A program made the translations under genes and the position numbers. From positions 224,001 to 288,000 of the forward strand of contig CAWDGJ010000001.1 in NCBI GenBank assembly GCA_963801815.1: a stretch of DNA of 64,000 nucleotides, read 5' to 3'. Numbering within the stretch: the first letter of the stretch is position 1; each line of letters begins with the position of its first letter. Shown here piece after piece: positions 21,181 through 30,391 of the stretch. The stretch is from an uncultured Verrucomicrobiae bacterium (GTDB taxonomy: Bacteria > Verrucomicrobiota > Verrucomicrobiia > Chthoniobacterales > UBA10450). The notes beneath the pieces are model-generated. The model saw nothing but the letters and a program-made list of their open reading frames with translations, was not told the DNA's origin and made no database searches.

Positions 21181-21303
21181 GCCTAACCAAGCGATGGAGC
21201 GAACGCCCACCCGAGGCATGCTCACATTTCAGGTGACTGAATCACTTTCCCTTCGTGCGATGCTCGCTCACAGTGGCCGTCGCTCATCTTGTTCTCGTTA
21301 GTC
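21181..21303 (+). mobile_element. Integron attC site
   Basis: R'' GCCTAAC 16 nt after the stop. GATGGAGCGAACG pairs with CGTCGCTCATC leaving two unpaired bases. R' GTTAGTC. R'' is the exact complement of GTTAGGC at the cassette start. Confidence 0.8.
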
Positions 21304-21412
21304 GACTCTCCCCATGTGTAAATCGGGAAATCGTGTAACGATTTTTGGCCACCGTTAGTGAGTGGAGGACTTACACTCAGCGCAACGAGAATCGGTCTAT
21401 GAGGAAGGCTGG

Positions 21413-21580
21413 TCACCAGCCCTTCATAAAATCTATCTCACCTGTCCGGCGGGGCGCGCGGGTGTCGTCTTTCTTCCCCTGAATCGCACCACCTTTGACG
21501 TCGTCCTTCGGTGTCAGGTCGCGGGTTTTATTCTCTTTCTTCTCTTTCGTTTGCTCGGGCTTGGTGGCTTCATCAGGCAT
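21413..21580 (-). CDS. 55-aa double-glycine leader peptide (not in ORF track)
   Basis: Manual translation MPDEATKPEQTKEKKENKTRDLTPKDDVKGG-AIQGKKDDTRAPRRTGEIDFMKGW. GGAGG upstream. Leader matches the peptides at 49161-49778. Confidence 0.7.
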   Translation of the reverse strand: MPDEATKPEQTKEKKENKTRDLTPKDDVKGGAIQGKKDDTRAPRRTGEIDFMKGW

Positions 21581-21768
21581 AATTTAGTGCTGCCTCCGGC
21601 CGCCGAGACCATGACCACAAGGCCGTCTTATAGGGAAGACTATGGAAAATTAGAGCAATTTTCACACCGGGCTCCGAAGGAAACGTCGACCCTAATTCTC
21701 TGAACTGTACGAGACGCTCCCCTTTAGCCCTAGGTCAGCGTTTGGTAAAATCCCGGAGTGTAAGTCCG

Positions 21769-21816
21769 TTGCATCGGAAGGCGCCCACCTTATGCTCTTG
21801 CGCAAATTCTTGCACA
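21769..21816 (+). promoter_or_regulatory. Island-side promoter-like block and TTGCACA pair upstream of intact tRNA-Leu
   Basis: TTGCAT-16-TATGCT followed by CTTGCGCAAATTCTTGCACA, 20 nt before the tRNA. Confidence 0.55.
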
Positions 21817-21836
21817 GAGTTGGATGTTTGAAGTGT

Positions 21837-21921
21837 GCCGATGTGGCGAAATGGCAGACGCAACGGACTTAAAATCCGTTCCTGTGAAAACAGGGTATGG
21901 GTTCGAATCCCATCATCGGCA
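21837..21921 (+). tRNA. tRNA-Leu(TAA)
   Basis: GCCGATG/CATCGGC acceptor stem, ACGGA-CTTAAAA-TCCGT anticodon arm, long variable arm CCTGTGAAAACAGG, GGTTCGAATCC. 85 nt, CCA not encoded. Confidence 0.96.
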
Positions 21922-21969
21922 GCTTTAGAAAAGCTGAAACACTGAAATCTTAAAAACTGAATCGCAGTT

Positions 21970-22539
21970 ATGCTCACGGATCGACCGCTCTTTATTCCGT
22001 TAATTCTCGGCACCGCGCGCCAGGGACGTGAAAGCGAGCAGGCCGCACGGTTCGTTTTCGAGCAAACCAGGAAGCGCTCTGGCGTGGAGACGGAGTTCAT
22101 CGATGTGCGCACGTTGCCGATGAAGCTTGATGACGCCGGCGAGCAAATGAAAGACCCGAAATTCGCAGCCACCATTCAGCGCTGCGACGGGTTGATCATC
22201 GTCACGCCGGAATACAATCATAGTTTTCCCGGCCTGTTGAAACACGCGTTGGATATGAATCTCAAGGAATACATCCACAAAGCCGTCGGAATTTGTGGCG
22301 TTTCGGCCGGCGTGTACGGCGGGACACGGGTGATCGAGAATTTGCTACCGGTGATGCGCGAGCTTGGACTGGTCACGATTTTTGAGGACGTGAACTTCGG
22401 TAAAATCGGCACCCTTTTCGACGAGCACGGCCAGCTGCTCGATCAGAACTTCGTCCGCCGGGTGGACACGTTTTTGAACGAGCTAATTTGGATGAGCAAA
22501 GTACTGCGTTACGGGCGTGAGCAGATCGCGCCAGCCTGA
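21970..22539 (+). CDS. NADPH-dependent FMN reductase
   Basis: GTARQGR, TPEYNHSFPGLLKHALD, GVSAGVYGG. Confidence 0.92.
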   Translation: MLTDRPLFIPLILGTARQGRESEQAARFVFEQTRKRSGVETEFIDVRTLPMKLDDAGEQMKDPKFAATIQRCDGLIIVTPEYNHSFPGLLKHALDMNLKEYIHKAVGICGVSAGVYGGTRVIENLLPVMRELGLVTIFEDVNFGKIGTLFDEHGQLLDQNFVRRVDTFLNELIWMSKVLRYGREQIAPA

Positions 22540-22674
22540 CCCAGGCATTCCGGCGGGATGATCCGGCCCATGGGAAGCGCATGTTTACACGGATGGTTCC
22601 GATGGTAGATTTTGAACGCGTCCCTGTTTTTGCGCGTCAGACTCCCACGCTCATACACGGCGTTACATAATTAG

Positions 22675-24279
22675 ATGGAGCAAAATCCACCGCCGCCACC
22701 GTTTCCTTCACCGGAGGAACTGAAGACAAAGATCACGGAGTTCATGAAACAGAACTTCGGCGATCACGTTTCAGTCGCGGCGTTTCCTGCTCCGGAACCG
22801 GCGGAAGCTGAGGCAGAGGAAAAGCCGGACCCCGCCGCGGCGGGGCACCAGTTCGAGTTCAATTTTTTGCCGCGCGACATCAAGGCACATCTCGACCGGT
22901 TCGTGATCAAGCAGGACGAAGCGAAGAAGGTCCTGGCGATCGCGGTCTGCGATCACTACAACCACGCAAAATACTTGCGTCACTTGGAGAAGGAGAATCC
23001 AAAGGCCGCGGAGCACCTTGAGTACACAAAACAGAATGTAATTCTGGTCGGCCCGACCGGCGTCGGGAAAACGTATCTGATCAAACACATCGCCGATCTG
23101 ATCAAAGTCCCGTTTGTGAAAGCGGATGCGACCAAGTTCAGCGAGACTGGTTATGTTGGCGGCGATGTGGAAGATCTCGTGCGCGAGCTGGTGCACAAAG
23201 CGAATGGTGACCTAAACCTCGCGCAGTTCGGCATCATTTATATCGACGAGATCGACAAGATCGCGTCGGCCGGAAATCTGATCGGTCGCGACGTGAGCGG
23301 CCGCGGCGTGCAAACCACGCTGCTCAAGTTAATGGAAGAAACCGAGGTGCCGGTTCGCTCGGTGAACGATTTACAGGCGCAATTGCAGGCCGCGTTTGAA
23401 TATCAGCGGAAAGGCAAAGCCAAACGCGAGACGATCAACACGCGACACATTTTGTTCGTGGTCAGCGGCGCTTTTGAAAAATTAAAGGAGCAAGTCGCAC
23501 GGCGGGTGCGCCAGGGACAGATTGGTTTTCGGGCCGAACCGGTCCAGGTGATGGACAACGAATTGTTTCAACACGTCACTACCAGCGATTTTGTCGAATA
23601 CGGATTCGAGCCGGAATTCATCGGACGTTTGCCGGTGCGCGTGGTCTGCCTCGACCTCGATGCCGACGATTTATTCAAGATCATGAAATTCTCCGAGGGC
23701 AGTTTGCTTCGCCAGTACGAACGCGCATTCAAAGCCTACGGGATCGATATTAGTTTTGATGATGAAGCGCTGCGGTTGATTGCCGAAGCGGCGGCGGGAG
23801 AAAAGACCGGTGCCCGCGGCTTGTTGACCGTGTTTGAAAAGCTTTTCCGCGACTACAAATACTATCTGGCCGGCTCGGGCCTAAGCCAGTTGCGCGTAAC
23901 GGCCGAGCTGGTGCGCGAGCCGAAGCACGTGCTCGATCGCCTTATGGCCGAGGGCGAAAAAGAGGGGGGAAAGAAGCTGGAGGACGCTGCCCGACACTGG
24001 GCCGAGGCATTTGGGAAGGAGCACAGCCTTGAAATTGTTTTTGACGATTCCGCCTTGCGGCGTTTGGTGGAACGCGCCCACAGCGAGCGGATGAACATAA
24101 ACGATCTCTGCGCCCACTTGTTTAAAGACTACCAGTTTGGATTGAATCTGGTGAAAACGAACACCGGGCGATCGAGGTTTGTTCTGGGGGCCGAAGCGGT
24201 GGACGCGCCTGACAAATGCTTGAGTGAACTGGTTGTACAATCGTACTATCCAGTTGCCCCCGCGGCGACCCAATCCTGA
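22675..24279 (+). CDS. ClpX-like AAA+ ATPase lacking the N-terminal zinc finger
   Basis: [42 protein letters not shown] loop, [14 protein letters not shown]. Confidence 0.88.
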   Translation: MEQNPPPPPFPSPEELKTKITEFMKQNFGDHVSVAAFPAPEPAEAEAEEKPDPAAAGHQFEFNFLPRDIKAHLDRFVIKQDEAKKVLAIAVCDHYNHAKYLRHLEKENPKAAEHLEYTKQNVILVGPTGVGKTYLIKHIADLIKVPFVKADATKFSETGYVGGDVEDLVRELVHKANGDLNLAQFGIIYIDEIDKIASAGNLIGRDVSGRGVQTTLLKLMEETEVPVRSVNDLQAQLQAAFEYQRKGKAKRETINTRHILFVVSGAFEKLKEQVARRVRQGQIGFRAEPVQVMDNELFQHVTTSDFVEYGFEPEFIGRLPVRVVCLDLDADDLFKIMKFSEGSLLRQYERAFKAYGIDISFDDEALRLIAEAAAGEKTGARGLLTVFEKLFRDYKYYLAGSGLSQLRVTAELVREPKHVLDRLMAEGEKEGGKKLEDAARHWAEAFGKEHSLEIVFDDSALRRLVERAHSERMNINDLCAHLFKDYQFGLNLVKTNTGRSRFVLGAEAVDAPDKCLSELVVQSYYPVAPAATQS

Positions 24280-24287
24280 TCTCCCTC

Positions 24288-25535
24288 ATGAAACACTCGC
24301 TGTTAGTCACTTTGATTGTCGGCATTTTTGTCGTGCTGGCGATCAGTGCATTACAGCTCAGCCCGCAGGTAGTGCAGTTTGAATCGCGGGCGACCGATTA
24401 CATCTCTCCTTACACGGCGGCAACTCATGTTCTGCCGAAGCCATGGCAATATCTGTTCATGTCGATCCTGTCGTTCGGCGTGGCCGCATTGACAGTCACC
24501 AGTTTGCGACGCAGCCGGATCGGCCTGCTTGTGATTGGATTGTTGATCGAGCTCGTCGCCGTGGCATGGATTTGCGGTCTTTATCACGTATTTTTCCAAC
24601 CCTTCCCATCCATACTCGCGGCGGTACTCGCTTTCGTGGCAGCGGATCGATACACCGCGTTCACCCAACGGGGTCGTGCTGCGTCCGCGCGCGCGTTCTT
24701 CAGCGATCGCCTCTCGAAAGATCAACTTCATCGCGTGATCGCAGGCGATGTCCCGTTTGATCCTGACGCGAAGACTTACGAAACGACAGTGGTGGTTTGC
24801 GATGTCGCGAACAAATACGACCTGGCGGAGGATTGTGAGCCGCCGGAGTTTGGCAGGATCACGGAAGAGTTTATCTGCCGCGCGACTGATGCGTTCAAGC
24901 AGGCTGGCGCATATATTCAAACCGCCGATGCCGAAGGGGTGGTGGCGCTGTTCGGTTTTCCTGAGATCGATGCGCATCACGGGGACAAAGCAGTCCGCGT
25001 GGCGTTGGATATAGTCGACCAGTTTCGACAGGCCCGAGTGGCTAACGGCGAAGCGAAGTGCGACGTGCATGTCGGTGTCAGTTCCGGAACGATGGTTGTC
25101 GCACCGATGCAAAATGGCGACCGCCCCGGACTGATTACGAGCGGTGAACCGGTCGAGCTGGCGCGACGGTTTTGCGTGGCGAACCGCTTTTATGGTTCGC
25201 GCGTTTTGATTGGACCGCGGACTTTCGAACTGGCGAGTCGTTACATCGTCGCCCGGCCGATCGACTTCTTAAGCGGGGTAAATTCGCGCGAGCGCCACGA
25301 AATTTACGAACCGCTCTGGCCTGCGGCGGAAGCGAAGCCGGAGCAATTGGCGCGTCGCGATTGTTTCTGGAACGGCGTGGTGTTCTATCGGGAAAAACGC
25401 TGGGCCGAGGCTTACTCGGAATTTCAAAAAGCGCGCGGGCCTAACGAGGAAGAGGACGCACCCTTGCAATTGTATCTTCGCCGTCTGGAGCCACTCGCCC
25501 TGAACCTGCAAGAAATGCCGATGCGGCAGGCGTGA
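24288..25535 (+). CDS. Membrane-anchored adenylate/guanylate cyclase-like protein (degenerate)
   Basis: Four TM segments then a class III cyclase fold (VVVCDV, VALFGFP, HVGVSSG) and a TPR-like tail. Confidence 0.75.
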   Translation: MKHSLLVTLIVGIFVVLAISALQLSPQVVQFESRATDYISPYTAATHVLPKPWQYLFMSILSFGVAALTVTSLRRSRIGLLVIGLLIELVAVAWICGLYHVFFQPFPSILAAVLAFVAADRYTAFTQRGRAASARAFFSDRLSKDQLHRVIAGDVPFDPDAKTYETTVVVCDVANKYDLAEDCEPPEFGRITEEFICRATDAFKQAGAYIQTADAEGVVALFGFPEIDAHHGDKAVRVALDIVDQFRQARVANGEAKCDVHVGVSSGTMVVAPMQNGDRPGLITSGEPVELARRFCVANRFYGSRVLIGPRTFELASRYIVARPIDFLSGVNSRERHEIYEPLWPAAEAKPEQLARRDCFWNGVVFYREKRWAEAYSEFQKARGPNEEEDAPLQLYLRRLEPLALNLQEMPMRQA

Positions 25536-25584
25536 CGCGGCGTAGGTTCCGAGGTGCGAGCCGCACGGGCGTTGGACTGACGGT

Positions 25585-26190
25585 ATGAGAAAGACGGAAT
25601 ATCCACCCGCGCTTCGCGATTTGGTCGCGCAGCTTCGACAAATGCCAGGAGTCGGTCCACGCTCGGCCGAACGGATCGCGCTTTGGATAGTGCAGGCGCG
25701 TGGCGATCAGCCGGAACAAATCGCGCGGGCAATTTCCGAGACGCGTAAAGGAATTCATCCCTGCAAACTTTGCGGTTACTTCACCACGAATGAACTTTGC
25801 GACATCTGTTCGGATTCATCGCGCGCGGTCGAACTACTCTGCGTGGTCGAACAGCCGACCGACATTCTGCCGCTTGAAAAAACTGGTGCGTTCCGCGGTC
25901 GCTATCATTCGTTAGGCGGACGGATCTCTCCGCTCGACCATATCGGCCCGGAAGATTTACGGATCAAGGAACTGCTCGATCGAATCGAGACGGAGAAGTT
26001 CAGCGAGATTATTTTTGCTCTGGCGGCCGATGTCGAAGGGGAAGCGACCACAAATTATCTGGTCGATCTTTTGAAGAACAAAGGCATCGGCCTCACGCGA
26101 ATCGCGCGCGGTCTTTCAGCCGGTGCCAGTTTGGAATCGGCCGACGAATTGACTCTGCAACAGGCGCTATCAGGACGGACAAAGCTGTAA
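25585..26190 (+). CDS. recR: Recombination mediator RecR
   Basis: PGVGPRSAER HhH, C4 zinc finger, CVVE, YHSLGG.ISP TOPRIM, EGEAT. Confidence 0.96.
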   Translation: MRKTEYPPALRDLVAQLRQMPGVGPRSAERIALWIVQARGDQPEQIARAISETRKGIHPCKLCGYFTTNELCDICSDSSRAVELLCVVEQPTDILPLEKTGAFRGRYHSLGGRISPLDHIGPEDLRIKELLDRIETEKFSEIIFALAADVEGEATTNYLVDLLKNKGIGLTRIARGLSAGASLESADELTLQQALSGRTKL

Positions 26191-26212
26191 TTGCAGATCT
26201 TTCGATCGCTGC

Positions 26213-28282
26213 TTAGGCCGTTTCCAGCCAGGCCCGCAATACTTCGGCGACGCTCCAGGCTTGCGCGATGCAACCGCCGGCGTTGTGCGGCTCTCGCGCG
26301 TCGAACACTTCGCTGATCGTTCCTATCCCGGCGTCGCTTAAATGTTCGGGAAACCCAGCCAGAAACTTGCGCGCAGCGGAACGATCGTGCGGATGTGTTT
26401 TTAACCACGCGTCGACAAAAGCACCAATCAGCCACGCCCAAACTGTCCCTTGGTGATAGGCGCCATCTCGTGATCGCAGATCGCCGCTGTAGATTGGTTT
26501 GTAAGCGGGATCGTCCGGCGAAAGAGTGCGCAATCCGACGGACGTGACCAATTTTTGCTCCGCCACGTCGACAACGGATTTCCAACGCTCTGGATTCAAG
26601 ACCGGATGATCGAGCGAAATCGCAAAGAGCTGATTTGGTCGGCATGAAATATCGAACACACCCGGTTTTCCATCACAATCGACGACGTCGTAAAGATAAC
26701 CGCCATTCGCGAACCAGAACCGGTCGTTAAAGGACGCACGCGCCTTGTCCGCAAATTCCTGGTAACGCTTCGCAGAAGTTTCGTCGTCAGCTTGCCGCAA
26801 CCAGTCCGCGAGCAAACAAAGCGCGTTGTACCAAAGCGCATTGATCTCAACTGCCTTGCCGCGACGCGGGGTAACGACCCAATCGCCCATCTTCGCATCC
26901 ATCCACGTGAGTTGATAACCAGCCTCGCCTTGCGCCAGCAGACCGTCTTCGGGATCGACCTGAATATTGAAACGCGTTCCGCGGATATGATGTTCTGCAA
27001 TGTCGATCAACTTTGGCAAAAGAAGGCTCAAAGTGTTGAGATCCTTTGTGAATTGAAGGTAGCGCCCGAGCGCATGGAAAAACCAGAGCGTTGCGTCCGC
27101 CGTGTGATAGACGCCTTCCCTGGCGCCATCCGGAAACATATTCGGAATCAGGCCGTCGCGAATGTAGCGGGCGAAGGTGCGTAAAATGTAACCAGCCTCC
27201 AGCCAGCGTCCCGTAAGGAGCGTCAAGCCTTCAAGGCTGATCATCGTGTCGCGTCCCCAATCTGTAAACCAATGGTAACCGGCGATGACGGTGCGCACTT
27301 CGTCACCCGCAGCATGAGCGCGGGCCGCTTCTTCAAATCTTCCCGCGGGCGCAATTATGAATTGGTCGGCGGCAAAAACCAACTCGGCTGGAAAATGGCG
27401 GCGCGCTTTTGGCACGGCGTCCTCCAACAATCGTTTGCGCCGCGTGTGCTCTGCGATCCGCAAATCTTCCGGGCCTAACACTTCGATGAGATCCCAACCC
27501 TCGGTCGAGCCGACGAGCGTGACGGCGTCGGTTCGATGGAGATCAACACAAAAAAAGCCAGGACTCCACAGATCACCTTCGTAGGCATAGCCACGGCGCT
27601 GTTCGACTCGGTAAAGGACCTGGTGAAGTTTCTTTGTGGAGATTGTGAACGCCGACCCGGAATCACACACTTTCATCCTCAAGGCTGGCAAACCGCGATT
27701 GCGAGGGGCGGCAATTTCGTAGCGGTTTCCGAGCGAAGTCAGTTTGTAAGGACCGGCCTTGCCGACGTCGACCGACGTTTCGTGATGACGAAAGTGAAAC
27801 GCGGGACGCAATTCGAGCCGCGCCGGCGATTCGCCTGACAAGACGCGGTAGCTTACGTGCACGGTGTTTTGCAAATGAGGAACAATTATCCGTTTTTCCA
27901 AAACGATGTCGCGCACTTGAAACGTCCAGACGGGAAGTCCGTCTTCGAGTCGGAATTCGCGCAAAAAATCCGCACCGCGCAGATCGAGTTGGCCGCCGGC
28001 GCGTTCTTCGGCGCCTAACGACACAATATCCTTGTTTCCGAAGTGCAAGAACTCCGAGACGTGCGACCACATCACGACGCGGCCGTGCGGCGAGGGCAGG
28101 GCGGCGATCAGTAACCCGTGATAGCGCCGCGTGATTGCGCCGGAGATGGTGCCGGACGCGTAACCGCCAAGTCCGTTCGTCACGATCCATTCGCGATTCA
28201 GCAAAACCTCGCGGGACATCTGCCGTCCATCCCACGGCATTACGCGGACAATCGGCCGATGGGTTTCAAATTCTTTATTCAT
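26213..28282 (-). CDS. Glycogen debranching enzyme (amylo-alpha-1,6-glucosidase)
   Basis: EWIVTNGLGGYAS, AGYHWFTDWGRDTMISL, TWMDAK, YHQGTVW, QAWSVAE. Start trimmed to MNKEF. Confidence 0.93.
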   Translation of the reverse strand: MNKEFETHRPIVRVMPWDGRQMSREVLLNREWIVTNGLGGYASGTISGAITRRYHGLLIAALPSPHGRVVMWSHVSEFLHFGNKDIVSLGAEERAGGQLDLRGADFLREFRLEDGLPVWTFQVRDIVLEKRIIVPHLQNTVHVSYRVLSGESPARLELRPAFHFRHHETSVDVGKAGPYKLTSLGNRYEIAAPRNRGLPALRMKVCDSGSAFTISTKKLHQVLYRVEQRRGYAYEGDLWSPGFFCVDLHRTDAVTLVGSTEGWDLIEVLGPEDLRIAEHTRRKRLLEDAVPKARRHFPAELVFAADQFIIAPAGRFEEAARAHAAGDEVRTVIAGYHWFTDWGRDTMISLEGLTLLTGRWLEAGYILRTFARYIRDGLIPNMFPDGAREGVYHTADATLWFFHALGRYLQFTKDLNTLSLLLPKLIDIAEHHIRGTRFNIQVDPEDGLLAQGEAGYQLTWMDAKMGDWVVTPRRGKAVEINALWYNALCLLADWLRQADDETSAKRYQEFADKARASFNDRFWFANGGYLYDVVDCDGKPGVFDISCRPNQLFAISLDHPVLNPERWKSVVDVAEQKLVTSVGLRTLSPDDPAYKPIYSGDLRSRDGAYHQGTVWAWLIGAFVDAWLKTHPHDRSAARKFLAGFPEHLSDAGIGTISEVFDAREPHNAGGCIAQAWSVAEVLRAWLETA

Positions 28283-28298
28283 TCGACTGCAAATCGGA

Positions 28299-30293
28299 TC
28301 AGCCCCATTTTCGCCACTTGGGCTGCTTCCTCGGCTCTTTCTCCGGCACCAATCGGAGGGCCACAGTCGCTTCTGCCGGCAATGTCCAGTTGTCCTGAGT
28401 TGCCACGGCCGCGGTTCCCGATCCGCCGTAGCGCGCGGATTCGCTCGACCAGAGAATTTCCCATTCCAACCCAAGGGGCGGTGCGAGCAAGGGCTCGGGA
28501 ATTGGATTCAGGTTGCGATGTTCGCCAAAGTTAACCACCAGAAGCCGATCATCTTTCCTGTTGTCACTGAAATAACGAAGGACAAAGCTGGTCGTTCCAA
28601 GAACGGCGCCGTCGACGCCATTTGGTATTTGTTCGCGAAACCGCGAATCCTCGCGGCGCAATCGCAGGAGATCGATGTGCAGATCGTAGAGTTCTTTATT
28701 TTTCTGACGCTCGGAAAAATCGAGTTTGCAACTGACGAATGAGATTGGGTCGGAAGGGATTGGCAGACGTTCCCGCACTTCTTTGGTGGCCAAAGAGGGA
28801 AATTGCGACAGAAAAGCGAAACGTCCTTTGCGAATCGCTTCACGCATCGGGCCATCCCCGACATCAGTGAAAAACACGAATGGCGTCGAAGCGCCAAATT
28901 CCTCGCCTTGGAAGAGCAACGGCGTCCATGGACCGAGCAGAAGTAGTGCGGTCATCGCGCGGTAGCGGCCGGGTGAGCTTTGAAACCGGAGCCGTTGCCC
29001 CGTCGCAGTGTTTGAAACTTGATCATGGTTCTCAATGAAGGCGACAAATGCGTGCGGGGGAGAACCGAAGGTTGGGGTGCCGCGCGGGGCATCCTGCCAA
29101 AAATAAGGTTGTCCTTGAAACAAATAGCCGTACTTGGCCGCGGAAATAAATTCCTGCGGGGTGCCAAGATAGTCGGTGTAGTAGGCTTCACGTCTCCCGG
29201 TCAGCGCGACGGCGGCGCTATGATGGCAATCGTCATTCCAGACCGCATCGAGATCGTCACCGCCTTCGCTGCGCGGCAGTATGAGTTTGATGACTTGCCT
29301 CTCGTTTTCCGCAATCAAAATAATCGATCGCGGCGAGGCGGCTTCGCGCGCGGCGCGGCCTACCGCGCCGACGATGTATTCGTCCGACTTATCGTGAATC
29401 GCGTCGGTGGCGTCGAAGCGAAAGCCATCGAAATGGAATTCGTCAATCCAGTAGCGGCCGTTGGTGATGTAAAATTCCCGGACCGGTGCCGAGTTAGGTC
29501 CATCGAAGTTAATTGAATCGCCCCAGTCGGTCTCCTTTTCGCGAATCAGATAATCATTCGAGAAAATGGCAAGATAATTTCCGTCCGGGCCGAAGTGGTT
29601 ATAAACCACATCGAGAATCACGGCCACGCCTAACGAATGTGCTTTATCGATAAATCGTCGCAAATCGTCCGGTTTTCCGTAATGATGGAACGGCGCGAAC
29701 AGGTCCACGCCGTCGTAACCCCAGCCGAAATTCCCGGGAAAGTCGGCAATCGGCATCATTTCGATCACCGTGATTCCGATTCGTGCAAGCTCGGGTAATT
29801 GTTCCGCCGCGGCCAGCCACGTTCCTTGTTTGGTAAACGTACCAATGTGCAATTCGTAGACGATCTGGCCTTTCATTTTCACGCCCCGCCACTTCGAATC
29901 TGTCCAATTAAACTGCCTGGGATCGACAATGCAGGATGATCCATGCGGCCCATGCGGTTGATATCGAGACGCCGGGTCGGGATGAAAATGCTCAGCTTTG
30001 TTTACGCGAAAACGATAGAGCGCGCCGGCACCGACATTAGCGACTCCCGAAAAGTATCCGCCGTCTTCCCGGTCGAGCGACTGAAACGTCCGCTTCGCAT
30101 TCTGATCTGCGCTTTCTTCCAGGACAAGATCGAGATCCTGCGCTTTCGGCGCCCAGAGACGGAAGTGCGTTTCGTTGGCGTCGATCAGTTCCGCGCCAAT
30201 TGGATAGCGACGTTTTGGTTTCACTTTTGTATTTCGCGTTTCAACACGTTGGCGGCTCTGCCTGCGGCTGGTTTCCGTTCGCGTCCGGTTCAA
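28299..30293 (-). CDS. treZ: Malto-oligosyltrehalose trehalohydrolase
   Basis: FRLWAP, YELHIGTFT, WGYDGV, DVVYNHFGPDGNY, GFRFDA, NHDQVSN. Confidence 0.92.
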   Translation of the reverse strand: MNRTRTETSRRQSRQRVETRNTKVKPKRRYPIGAELIDANETHFRLWAPKAQDLDLVLEESADQNAKRTFQSLDREDGGYFSGVANVGAGALYRFRVNKAEHFHPDPASRYQPHGPHGSSCIVDPRQFNWTDSKWRGVKMKGQIVYELHIGTFTKQGTWLAAAEQLPELARIGITVIEMMPIADFPGNFGWGYDGVDLFAPFHHYGKPDDLRRFIDKAHSLGVAVILDVVYNHFGPDGNYLAIFSNDYLIREKETDWGDSINFDGPNSAPVREFYITNGRYWIDEFHFDGFRFDATDAIHDKSDEYIVGAVGRAAREAASPRSIILIAENERQVIKLILPRSEGGDDLDAVWNDDCHHSAAVALTGRREAYYTDYLGTPQEFISAAKYGYLFQGQPYFWQDAPRGTPTFGSPPHAFVAFIENHDQVSNTATGQRLRFQSSPGRYRAMTALLLLGPWTPLLFQGEEFGASTPFVFFTDVGDGPMREAIRKGRFAFLSQFPSLATKEVRERLPIPSDPISFVSCKLDFSERQKNKELYDLHIDLLRLRREDSRFREQIPNGVDGAVLGTTSFVLRYFSDNRKDDRLLVVNFGEHRNLNPIPEPLLAPPLGLEWEILWSSESARYGGSGTAAVATQDNWTLPAEATVALRLVPEKEPRKQPKWRKWG

Positions 30294-30391
30294 TGCAACA
30301 CGCGAGCTCTCGTAAAATCAACACCTTGCCACCACGCACTTTTGTTACGAGAGAGCTTGATTGTCGCAGATCAAGCGATTCAAATCGCGCC

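Larger units (their letters stand above)
367..21875. mobile_element. Composite genomic island(s) integrated at tRNA-Leu(TAA), no integrase visible
   Basis: Bounded by a 39-bp tRNA-derived direct repeat with a degenerate internal copy at 20429-20462. Accessory cargo (PKS cluster, integron cassette, gene fragment). Housekeeping genes resume after 21921. Confidence 0.8.

Noticed and set aside
406..21836. Integrase or transposase for the island
   Set aside because: No ORF with tyrosine-recombinase R-H-R-Y, serine-recombinase or DDE motifs was recognised.
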